This document shows, piece after piece, positions 1-11,470 of a DNA stretch of 64,000 nt. The notes under the pieces are model-generated. The model did not search any database. It worked only from the letters and a program-made list of their open reading frames with translations, and had not been told where the DNA came from. The translations under genes were made by a program, and so were the position numbers. Origin of the DNA: Octopus sinensis (taxonomy: Eukaryota); NCBI RefSeq assembly GCF_006345805.1, contig NC_042997.1:107260001-107324000 (forward strand), in the 5' to 3' direction. Each line of letters opens with the position of its first letter. Within the stretch, counting starts at the first letter, position 1.

Positions 1-580
1 TTAGCAATTTAGTATATTTTATGAAAGATTTAAAACATTTCATATTTATACTACATTTTTGCATTTGTAATCTGTTAATGACTATTTTCAGAACTTTCTG
101 ACTTCATATAATATTTCAATAGCTTTCTAGTAGAATGGTTTAAGTTTAAATGCAAGATGATTTAATGATGCTAAAGTTAAAGGCAACTCCATTGTAAAAT
201 ATACCAATGTAAGAAAATCCAAGGATGGGCATATATATATATATATATATATCATGCTTTAAAACAAAATTATGAATATCTAAAGTAAATATTTTAAATA
301 TTCTATAAATTGAAGTATGCTTACCACAAAACTGATAAATCTAATATTTTAATCAATGTGTCCCCTATAATAACATAAAACTTTTGAGTTCATTTTGCCA
401 GCCACATCTATATTGTCTCTAGTTTTCTTGAATTTATATGTTTATATATTTTTATTTTTGTCATTACTATGGTAAATTACATTCATGACATCATTTCAAA
501 TATTAACCATCTAACATTATGATTTCCTTCTTATCTATATGCAGTCTAAAAAGATCTAAAGTATAAATTAACTTTTGTAG

Positions 581-780
581 GTAAGGAAGACATTTTTTAC
601 TATAGCTTTCTGTGATCTGTGCAGAAAGTTGTTGTTCCATGGTTGTTATCGCTGTGCAACTTGTGGCCTCCGCGTGCATCAACGTTGTATACACCGGGCT
701 TACAGCTACTGCGATGGTGGTGATGATTACCATTCACATTATGGTAGTCCAAATAGAATTTCAGAACCAATGTACAATCA
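581..780 (+). CDS. BRAF: RAF kinase exon: C1/cysteine-rich domain ([44 protein letters not shown]...)
   Basis: Acceptor acttttgtag|, donor |gtaagt at 781. The translation aligns to BRAF [35 protein letters not shown]. Length 200 nt, phase 0 to 2. Upstream (RBD) exons lie outside the window. Confidence 0.95.
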
Positions 781-1506
781 GTAAGTAAACACTATTTTAT
801 TTACCATTGGAATTTGTATCTTGTGGGAGAGTATATTGCTTTTCATGGATTATCACATTTTATGTGTTTTTTATATTTGTTACTGACCTAAATTTTAAAA
901 ACCTCTTAATATTAAGTTACATTTTATTTTTAATTAAAGACCAATTTAATTCTAATTCTAAAGAAATAATTACAATTTAATCCTTTAGTTGATATGAAAC
1001 TAAACAATTGAGAGGTTGACATTTGATTCCTTGTCTGTGGTTAAGATATTTAATTGTAAAATAACCCAGAGTAAAGGGCAAAAGCAACAAGAAATGTGAG
1101 ATAAGTAGTTGGAGGAGAATACTGTAAAGGCAAGGAGCAGAAGATAAAAGCAACGAAATTGTCCTGGGAAGGTGGGCAAGAAGAGAGAACATTGAAGGGG
1201 AGAGGCAGAGGAGCAGCATCCTAGCCATCAACACTCTTCTCATTAGCTTTCTTTCTGCCATGCTTGCCTAAGGGAGCAGGTTTTCTCCATTACAGCATAT
1301 CCTCAGTTGCTGCAGTCACTTGTCATCTCTTTTATGTGATTCATCATCTTCAGATCGGGTTTTGCCTCTTCTCTCATGTCTTTCTAGGTCTTCCTCTTCC
1401 ACAGGCACCATCCACTTTGCTCTGATGGAGAGACCCTTCAGAGAAATATCTTTTTGTTTGTTAAAAATTTGGCCTTTAGTGAGCCACATAATTTTATTGT
1501 TTCTAG

Positions 1507-1669
1507 ACCATTTCCAGATGTATCTCATACACTACCTACATACGTTTCCAGTCCGTTCAATCAGTTCCAGACATTGCCAAATCAACGTAACACTCGTAAG
1601 CGTCCTCCTCCAATATGCCAGAGAGAGCGTTCAACATCAGCTCCAAATGTCTGCTGTAATCTAGTCAAT
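1507..1669 (+). CDS. BRAF: RAF kinase exon: CR2 with 14-3-3 site RERSTSAPNV
   Basis: Acceptor ttgtttctag|, donor |gtaagt at 1670. Phase 2 to 0, fitting the previous exon (ca+a=Gln). RSTSAP matches the CR2 motif (BRAF RSSSAPNV). Confidence 0.93.
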
Positions 1670-1769
1670 GTAAGTAATAGCTTCTACCTTTCATTACTTA
1701 ATGTTGACTTTGAGTAAAAATTTTATATATGTATATCACCATTATGATATATATATACACATACATATA

Positions 1770-2984
1770 TTGGTTCATCGCATACATAATGCGGTTTTCT
1801 TATACTTTTATTTTTCAAAATTAAGGTAAACAAAGTTCTTTTTTAATCTAAAATATACTCTCCTTCATTTGTGTGGTAGACTTGCAAGGTTCCTCTTCCA
1901 AAATTCACTTGTCCATGACGAAAAATACTCCTCCAGTACTGTTCTGACCTCACCTACAGAATTTATATGTGTTCCGTCCAAATGATTTTGAAGATTATGG
2001 AATAAATGATAATCAGATGGGGCAGTATCTGGCGAATATGTTGGGTGGGGCATTGTTTCCCATTCAAACTGCTCCACACTTTGGAATGTCATCCTTGCTG
2101 TATGTGGTTGAGCATTATCCTGATGAAAGAACACCATTCGTCTTGAAACCAAAAATGATCTTTTTCCTTCTAGCACTGACTTAAGCTGCTCAAGTTGCTT
2201 GCAGTAGATCTCCTTTGTTATCATTTGGTTTGGGTTTGAAAGTTCAAAGTGGACTAAACCTTTCATATCCAACCAAACAGATAAGAACATCTTACGTGGG
2301 TGAAGACCTTCTTTAGCCTGAGCTGCTGCTGTTTCTTCTTTCCTTACCCACTGTCTTGACCACTTGATATTTCTATATGGAACCCATTTCTCGTCACCAG
2401 TCACAATTCGGTCCAAAAAAGGTTCATTTGTGAGATGTGACAGCAAAGAAGAGCACACATTTACTCTCTGTGTGCAATTAGACTCAGAAATTTGTGTGAA
2501 ACCCATTGACCCAATTTTCTGGCTTTTCCGATGGCACGCAGGTGTTGATGAATGGTCAAATGACCAAATCCAAGCTTCTCTGCTGGTTTCTCAACAGTTA
2601 CAATGGGGTTTTGTTCCACCAAGGTTTGCAGGACTGTTCATCAAGCTCTACACATCTTCTAGGATGAGGCTCATCCTCTAGGCTGTAGTTTCCAGCTCAG
2701 AATTGCTAGAACCACCGTTGACACCGGCTTATGCTTATAGTCTGATCCCCAAATACTTTCCATTGTTGCCTTTATTGAACTCATCAAGCAAAATATGCCA
2801 AATATACTCCTTTGTCACTTCCATTGTAGCTTTGGCAAAATAGTTAAAATCAATCTGCACTAACAATAAGAACAAGGTAAAATTACTGCCTGCTTTTATA
2901 CTAAGTTGAAACAGGTTGTTTATCCTGTCCTCTTCCAACTTTTAGTTCATGTAATTGAAAAACCCACATTATTTATGGGATGAC

Positions 2985-2988
<4 letters not shown>
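1770..2988 (-). mobile_element. Full-length degenerate mariner (DD34D) transposon
   Basis: About 30-bp imperfect TIRs (ttggttcatcgcatacataatgcgg / cccacattatttatgggatgacccaa) with TA flanks. Transposase motifs VTGDEKW, HQDNAQPH, YSPDTAPSDYHLF. The N-terminal HTH part is frameshifted. Confidence 0.92.
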
Positions 2989-3022
<34 letters not shown>

Positions 3023-3727
3023 CATACAGAGAGCGAGAGGGAAGTAGAGTAAAAATCTGTATGAATATTTACTGTTTGTTTAAAGAAAATTGTGTGTGCA
3101 TGTGTCACTTCGTGCATATTTGTGAGTTTTATATCTATTTTCCCATGCTAGCCTGAGTAGAAAGGATTTAACATTTTGGGACATCTTAGTCATAACTGGC
3201 AAAATTGGTGTCCACATGTGGGTGTTAATTAGTCTATTTACTAATGTATACGTTTAAAAAATTTCAATTTTACAAACAACTAACATGGAGAAGAATGATT
3301 CAAATTTGCTGTTGTGAAATTTCAGTTACCCTTTTGCTGTTGTACAAATCATGTTGCCAACTATGCTTTTTTTTCTGTAAATTTTACTTGAAACCTCTTT
3401 TACTATGAATTTGATAATAGATTTTAATTATTACCACTAGTAAATTTCTTAATCATTCTTAACATCTTCGTCACTTGACTTTTCTGTAAACTGGGATGTT
3501 AGATTGTTTACAAATTCTAATATTGTTACAACTAGTTTTTTCTTATTTCTACATGTTGGATAGCCTTATGTAAATTATAATATACCAGCAGTAATACCTG
3601 TCGTTGATCAAGTAATTACTTTTACTGTTTCTCAGGAGCCACGAAAAATATATAATAATTAAAATAGAAAAAAGATCAAATATATTAGGCAATATATTTT
3701 GTTTTCTTTTGTTCCACTCCTATGTAG

Positions 3728-3794
3728 AGCTCCTTTTTGACATCTGAACAAGAATCGGGTAGAAAGAACATGGACTATCCTGGAGATCATTCAA
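3728..3794 (+). CDS. BRAF: RAF kinase hinge exon (SSFLTSEQESGRKNMDYPGDHS)
   Basis: Long pyrimidine tract then tatgtag|, donor |gtatgt. Length 67 nt, open, phase 0 to 1, which is what the flanking exons require. No sequence homology support (divergent hinge). Confidence 0.75.
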
Positions 3795-5241
3795 GTATGT
3801 ATACCTATAAACCATTTCTTGAACATATTTACTTCTGTGCTACAATTTTCCAAAGTTGTATAATGTATTATGTTTGAAAGTAAAATTGTAGATTGATTTA
3901 AGGAAATCTCTTCCAAGAAATATTCTTAATTTTAATTTATTTGTACATAGAGTATTTTCAAGAGCAATATTTATAAATCTGCAAATGTGAAAAATACAGA
4001 AAGTCACTGTTCTAACTCTTTACTGCCATTGTAACATTTTCATAAAAAAAAAAATACTCAAATAGTTGTATTTAAGAATGTTGTAATAAATTCACATCAC
4101 TTTTTCACACAAAATCTCATATTCATAAACCTTCTGGAACTTGCTCTATTGTTTTTCCCATTCCTTTATATTCATTGCAAACGTACGCTAATTTGATTCA
4201 AGAATTCTTTTGAAATTATTTTTTATGTCAGTTCTTCACATTTTAATCATTTCTATTGTTTTTGACATGTTTTTAAGGTTCCACCTTGTAAATAATATAA
4301 AAATCATTCATATTATATAATGAGAGCATCTTTGCAGCTGCTTGACCAACTAGAAATAGCAGCCAAGTGTATCTCAACACTTTAAAAGAAAAACTGAAGG
4401 ATATATTGCATAATGTAATCCGAGATAAACTATGCCTGCAAAAAAGATGTAATAATGATAACGAGAATGATTTTAATTTGGGCTGATTTGTGAATCATTA
4501 ACAACTTCAATTCTTAGGTGTTGTATATTTTAAAAGTATATGAGATTACTGTATAAAGTAATGTAAAGGTTGAAGAAAATATCTATAAACTGTATTACCA
4601 TGGCACTTTGAAATGATGAAACATGTTTCCAATTTGCATAGTGTTTACCTGAAATGTTTTATCTGATATGTATGGTGTCTGTAAATTCAAATCGTGTTTT
4701 ATATGATGAAACACAAAATTAAAACTTTATTCTTAGAAGATTTTACACTTACTTCATATCTCTGTTAATCATGGAGTTTTGCGGGTATTTTTCAAAATTG
4801 TTTAAATTTATGGAAAGGACTGTCCATAACCGCCAAAAATATTCTCAGACCAGTGAGATCAATGTTTGACCGCAAGAAGGAGCTCTGTTGATAGCATCCA
4901 CAGGACTTCTTAGACCAGTGAAGTTGATGTTATTCTTGATGAACTACAGGAAAATCTGGAGTGGTGTGGGAATTTCAGAGAGGTGACATTCAGGCATGGA
5001 AAGATTGTGTATAGTTGTTAGTGGGACTTAGCAGATGAATAAGTTAGATAAGGGGTATGAGACAAGCTGGCTTTGAGGTGGAAAGGCCACAATAGTGTTG
5101 AAGAATTACTAGTTTATGAATTCTATTTCCTTTTGCTGAAATTTAACTTCAAACTTGAAAGGTTTTTCTGAATGGTTTGCCCAAAAGGTATTTGAAGCAT
5201 CACCTTTCTTTTGCTGTTGGCATTGTTTCTATGTATTTCAG

Positions 5242-5349
5242 ATGTTGCTGCACCAGGTACAAACCACAGCAACAGAAGTAACATGAGCCACAGACAAGCT
5301 CTTCAGTATAAAGATAAACGTCATGCTAGCGACAGTATTACAGCTATTT
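5242..5349 (+). CDS. BRAF: Candidate RAF cassette exon, phase 1-1 (108 nt; a 15-nt form 5242-5256 is possible via an internal donor)
   Basis: Acceptor tctatgtatttcag|. Open frame xVAAPGTNHSNRSNMSHRQALQYKDKRHASDSITAI. Donors cag|gtacaa (5257) and t|gtaaaa (5350) both preserve the frame. Confidence 0.5.
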
Positions 5350-6649
5350 GTAAAATTTCTCCATTTTTCTCTTCCTTTATGTCCAGAGGTATACACTACT
5401 GCATGCTTCAGAGTGGTGTGAAGATTTGGTTTGCCCTTCCTTCAGATAACGTTTTCATTTCACCTAACCTTTTACTGTGACTTTAGAATAAAGTTGAAGC
5501 AAACTAATCATTTTATTATCACATTTCAGTAAATAATAGCGCCAGAGGTGTTTTACTAATATTTATTGTGAAACATGTATCCAGTTTATATCATGATGTC
5601 TTCTTAAAATCACTGATGGTTAGAAATATTAGTCTTCATAACAAGAGTAACTCTCTCAAATTGCTTCTTGACTTTATTTCTCTACTGTGTTCATCATGTG
5701 ACATACTAGTTGATTGAGTTATTATTTGAACTTATGAAACTTTATTTTAAGCAATCCCCCAGGCTACTCATTCAAATCCTAAATAAGAATTATGGACTTG
5801 TATCATAATTTGATACATTTGAATAAGTGAAAGCAATAGCACTGATACGTTTGTGAATGTCTTACATGAGTTTTTAAAGGTTATAAATTCATTTAGGAGA
5901 CCCTTCGAAACATCCATGATTATTATAGTTCTGAAGTCTGCCATTCAAGTTTTATTTGTATAGAGTATTTCTTTGCTCAAATTAAATCCATTTGATAAAA
6001 TGGATTAATCATTCATTATATTTGTTTTATCAATTTTTTAAAAATTACCAAGCTATAAAATTTTGTTTTAGCAGTACAGTGTCTCTTCATTACGGTACAT
6101 AGTGTTTGGTATCTAATCAAAATATGAAGGTCTCAGATTCTATAATAACCTCTGAACTGTTCCCAAGACAAAATTGATTAACCTTTTGCCTATCAGCTGA
6201 TTTTGTGACTGGTGCATTAACAGCGTTTTGCTCCAAGGTAATATTGTAATACAGAATATACCTATAGAGTTGCTGTATCTCAGATGTAAACACTTTGCAT
6301 ACAAAATAGTTTTGTGGACAGAAAAAAAAATTAGAAGAAAAGCTAACTATAAAAAATATTTAACAAATTAGATGCAAATTTGTAGACACCTTCATATTAT
6401 TATTTGGCTATTTGCTTTTCCAAGCTAGCATGAGTATGATGGGGATTTGTTTGAGGCAGGATTTTATGACTGGAAACCCTTCCTGCCACTGTGTGTTTTT
6501 CAAGGGTTTTTTTTTATATACCATAGTGCAGAGTTACAGGTCATAATATCAGTGAAGAATGTCAACATCAACAGTGTGTGTGTGTATTTTCTGTCTATTG
6601 AATTCATTTTTACGGCCATTTTTCTCTCCTACACATAAGATGATGAAGC

Positions 6650-7880
6650 CATCAAACTAAAACCATTCCTTTGTCTGCCCACATGATTTGCAAACATTTC
6701 ACTGAAGCAAAAAATTAACTCGAAAACTTGTGAGCCTTACAAATCAATGAAAGTACAGACATGGGTTTTAAAAGCTCAACTAATTTCATTTCTGTGAATC
6801 ATCAGAGGTGGTAAAATCATAAGTCAATTTTTCTTTTGAGAATTGAAGGAAAGAATGACAAGAGAAGATGGTCTTTAACCTGGTAAACCAAAATGTTACA
6901 TTGAGAGGGATGCAGTAGCAAACTTATATTAGTGTTTGCACTGATGGCATTCCATCCATGCAGGGTTGAGAAAAAGGCTTTGTTGCTCATGTGTTACAAA
7001 AAAATTCACAAGTTAAAATTGTACATTGCATGATTCACTACAGAGTATTGGGTGTCAAAATCTCTACCTGATGGTCTCCTGAAGACAATAGACAACATTG
7101 TCAAAGTAGTGAATTACATAAAATTGCATTCCTATGGCGCAGACTTTTGCATCTCTATGTGAAACTATGGATTCTGATTTTAAGTGTTTAATGTTTCATA
7201 CAGATGTGCAATGTCTCTCGAAAGGAAAAATGCTCTTTTGATTTATTAATGATGATAATTGGTGGCTGGAAGTAGCATTTCTCAATGATGTTAAATTTGA
7301 GTCTGCAAGGAGTGAACAAAAATTTTACAATTAAAGTCTTTCACTGACAGGTTAGAACTGTGGATAAGGAAAGTTCAAATCTCACAGCTTGATTACTTCC
7401 CAGGTGTAGAGTCTTTTCCAAACAAATTCAAAATTTTGTCACACATGCAGAAGATAGAAAACAACCTCTTTGTATCGTTTTCTAAGTATTTTCCTTCACT
7501 TGTTTATCAAATGTGCGAGTAGGTCATCAATCCTTTCACAAGATACAACAGTACACACCTGCCATAAACATTAACAGAAGAAAATTTAATCGACTTGGGA
7601 AATGATTCTGTGTACAAAGCCTCATTTTCTGTGCTAGAATTGTCAGAATTTTGGATTTTGCTTTGAAGCCAATATCCTCGGTTAGCTACTACATCCGTTA
7701 AATCTCTGTTACCCTTTGGAACTTCGTATCTTTGCGAATTAGGTATCTCTGTGCTTATGGAAATTAACTAAAATAATATAGGAACAATTACAGATGGTAG
7801 ATGAGGGGTTACATATTTGTTCTATCTAGAGTCGTGTTTTGACAAAATTCTTTCTCAAAATCAATTGTATCCTTCTCACT
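6650..7880 (+). mobile_element. Degraded hAT (Charlie/Buster-like) transposase remnant
   Basis: Fragments read VCTDG, VHCMIH and LPFGTSYLCELG, typical hAT motifs, with many stops and frameshifts. Confidence 0.7.
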
Positions 7881-7905
7881 AATACTTGTATTATATTACC
7901 TATAT

Positions 7906-10070
7906 ATCATTATCATCATTGTTTTTAACATCCGCTTTCCATGCTGGCATGGGTTGGATGGTTTAACTAAGGACTAGCAAGCTGGGAGGTTGCACCAGAC
8001 TCCAACCTCATCTTGCAAGGTTTCTACCGCTGGATGCCTTTCCTAACGCCAACTACTCCAAGAATGTAGTGGGTGCTTTTTACATGCTACTGGCACAGGG
8101 GCCAGTCAGGAAGTACTGGCATCGACCATGCTTGAATGGTGCTTTTTATGTGCCAATCAGGCATTGGCCACAACAACAATTTCACTTGACTCAACAAGTC
8201 TTCTCAAAGCACGGCATATTGCCCGACGATTGAAGGGTACTCTTAAATGGATTGGTTATGCAACACTGACATAGGCCATGGCTATGATCTCACTTAGCTT
8301 GCTGGGTCTTCTCAAGCACAGCATATCTCCAAAGGTCTCGGAGATATGTTACCTTGCTTCTGTGAGGCCCAACGTTTGAAGGTCGTGCTTCAGCACCTCA
8401 TCCCAAGTCTTCCTGGGTCTACCTCTTCCACAAGTTCCCTCCACTCTTAGAGTGTGACACTTCTTCACACAGCTGTCCTCATCCATACACAACACATGAT
8501 CATACCAGCGCAGTTGTCTCTCTTGCCTCTTATGTCCAACTTTTCTCTTGGGGCACTTACACTCTGTCATATATGCACACTGACATTACACATCCAGCAG
8601 AGCCTACTAGCTTCATTTCTTTCAAGCTTACATGTCCTCAGCAGTCACAGCCTATGTTTCACTGCCATGTAGCATGGCTGTTTGCACACATGCATCATAC
8701 AGTCTAGCTTTTACTCTGAGCAAGAGACCCTTTGTTACCAGCAGAGGTGGGAGCTCTCTGAACTTTGCCCAGGCTGTTCTTATTCTAGCAGCTACACTCT
8801 CAGAGCAACCACCCCCGCTACTGACTTGGTCACCTAGGTAAGAGAAGCTGTTTTCTGCACATTTTCAGTGTTTATTGTCCCTGTGCATTTGTCACACACA
8901 AATACTATCTTTCCAGTTACCCATCTTTTGATATTGCTGCACCTCTTATGTGTCCATAGCTTACACTGGAGACATCTTATGGAATTTCTACCTACACCTT
9001 TTCTACAGGTCGAGCAGGGCCATCTACCTGAAGAGATTTGTGATTTGTCTGCCTTCCTACATTGGTTTTTGCTAGATTGACTCTAAGGCCCTTCAATTCT
9101 AGACCTTACTTCCACACCTGCAATTTCTCTAGCTCTGGTAGTGAGTCAGCTATTAGAGTAAAATCATCAGCATAGAGGAGCTCCCAGGGGCATCCTGTCT
9201 TGAATTCCTCTATTATTGCCTGGAGGACTGTGATGAATAAGAGGAGGATGACTGATCTTTGGTGAACCCCTACTCCTACCCCGAATTCTTCACTAGGTGC
9301 CAACTGTCACCTTACAACATCCCTGTACATGGCTTGTACAGCTCTCACCAACCACTTATCTATCCCTAGTTTCCACATTGAACACCAGATAAGGGATCAG
9401 GGGGGAGCCTGTCAACAGGTTTCTCCATATCAATGAAAGCCAAGTACAGAGGTTTATCTTTGACTTAGAATTTCTCCTGCAGCTGTCTTACCAGAAATAT
9501 AGCATCAATAGTGCTTCTCTCTGGCACAAACCCAAACTGCATCTCATCTAAACTAATTCCCTCTCTAATTAGTTGGGCTCTGCCTCTCTCTTTAACTTTC
9601 ATCACCTGATCCAACAATTTGATGACTATAGTGTAATTATTAGCAGTTGACTATGGTGCTGCTACACCAGTCATTGGGTATGACTCCTTCATGTATCACC
9701 TGGTTGACTATACAGGTGACTAGACTATAGCTTACACAGCCAGATATTTAAAGCACCTCTGCAGTGATTTCTGATGGGCCAGGGACTTTCCCTGTCTTCA
9801 TATCCTTAATTACTTTATCTACCAAGCTACTGTCAATTCAGATAGCTAGTCCCTCTGTTGGGTTGATATTTTACAAACTCTCTTTCTCCCGTTCATTCTT
9901 TTCATTTAGCAACCTTTCATAGTGGCGTCTCCAAGTCTCTCTCCTTGCAGCATCATTATATGCAAGTGAGCCATCATCCATGTGGACACATTTCTCTCCT
10001 ATGACATCACAATTCTTTCTCACACACCCTAGAAAATAAACTGAAAAACAAACCCTGCATCACTTCTAAC
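7906..10070 (-). mobile_element. Degenerate 5'-truncated RTE LINE
   Basis: (CAT)n tail at about 7906. RT motifs (GVHQRSV, WELLYADD) and C-terminal LRWYDHV/GRGRPRKTW. Same family as 55110-59943. Confidence 0.9.
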
Positions 10071-10117
10071 TTCTTTTTCTTTATTATTAGTGTGTGTATG
10101 TATACACACACACACAC

Positions 10118-10545
10118 TCAAGGTGCATGCATTCCAGAAGTTTTGTGACTTTTTCAGGAGAGACATTTATTATTTTCAAATAAATACAAAACTCTAATGT
10201 CCTTCAAAATAGGATCCTCTGACTTCAATGCACCTGTTGTGGTGCTCCAGTCACTTCATGAAAGCCCCATGGAAATCCTCTAAAGTGAAGGTGTCCAGGA
10301 CCCTTGTCACAGCCTCCTTCTTCTTGAAAATGACTGACCTCGAGGTTGTCCTTCAGTTTGTTGAGCAACAAAAAAGGTCACTGGGAGCAAGATCTGGACT
10401 GTGGGAAATGATGAGAGGCAGTTTTGATTGCTTGTCTCTGTCAAGTGGTTGGTTACCAGGATGTTCATCACAGAACAATCTGAGAACAAACTTATCACAT
10501 CTTCCTGAATAATCCTGTATACAGTTGCCACACCAACTCCCAAAC
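10118..10545 (-). mobile_element. Internally deleted mariner fragment
   Basis: Minus-strand pieces read VATVYRII and HSPDLAPSDLF. Confidence 0.6.
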
Positions 10546-11129
10546 TATATGCTTATTATCTTTATAGACTCCTGATGAACTTCATTCAGAAAATAGATTT
10601 CCCCAACTACCTATGATGTTCTGGTGTCCTTTCCTTTGCACACCTCTCATTGTCTCACCTTCTCTCTATCATCTTCAAACTTCTTGTGTTAGCAAAAAAG
10701 TTAATGCATAAACTAAACAGTCTAGAGCATTTCGTAAGTTTCTATTGCATTTTCGCCCAGTTTAACACAAGACTTTTTTGCATAGCAAGCTTCCAAACAT
10801 CCTGACTGCATTCTACAAACTAGTCAGCTGTGACAAGCTGTTTAGTAGGATGTGTTCAAAGTGTTGTTACAGCCATCTCCTTCATTCTGGTTCAGCAAAA
10901 GTGGGGCTGAACTCAAACCTATCTGGTTGTAAAGGAAACTTCTCAAGCAGCCATGCCTGTTCTCTGAGTGTGGTGTGCACATTGTAAACAATATACATAC
11001 AAAAGATGATGTGGGATCATTGGCAGGCTAACAGGGAAGGTAGATTTCATATGCAGCAGGTGCTCCAGAGCAATAAGCACTAAAAGTGCTTAGGAAGCTG
11101 ATTTCCTTAGCTGCCCATACAGTTCCACA

Positions 11130-11470
11130 GAAGCAGTTCAAAGCTTTTGTTTCCAGGTGATTTAATTAGCATTGAGGCCAACTGTTCTAAAAGTGTTGTA
11201 GCTATAACAAGAACAGCTTGGATAAAGTTCAGGGCACTGTTACCTGGGCAACAAAGGGTTTTCCTTGAAAGACGAGGGCAACTTGTATGATGCTTGTGTG
11301 CGAGGTACAGTGCAGTATAGCAGTGAAATGTGAAGGACCTGCAAAGACTAGAAAGAAATAAGGCAAGCATGCTTCGCTGTCTTGCGTTAGTGTATGTGAA
11401 TGACAAAATGTAAATGAAATGAGAGGGGAAAGAAGATGGCAAGGGCACATAATGACGTCTGCATAAGCAA
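11130..11470 (+). mobile_element. RTE LINE fragment (post-RT region)
   Basis: Similar to the young copy around AWAKFRELLP...LYDACV. Confidence 0.65.

Noticed and set aside
503-733. 76-aa minus-strand ORF
   Set aside because: Antisense shadow of the RAF C1 exon.
1320-1664. 114-aa plus-strand ORF overlapping the CR2 exon
   Set aside because: Wrong frame. The RSTSAP frame is the one supported by splice phase and homology.
4840-5030. Possible extra RAF exon near the repeated agaccagtga motif
   Set aside because: The phase-1 reading from the nearest AG hits a stop immediately, and no consistent acceptor/donor pair was found.
10572-10578. CTGATGA followed by GAAA
   Set aside because: No stem II, stem III or stem I pairing, so not a hammerhead. 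The CTGATGA at 34816 also fails.
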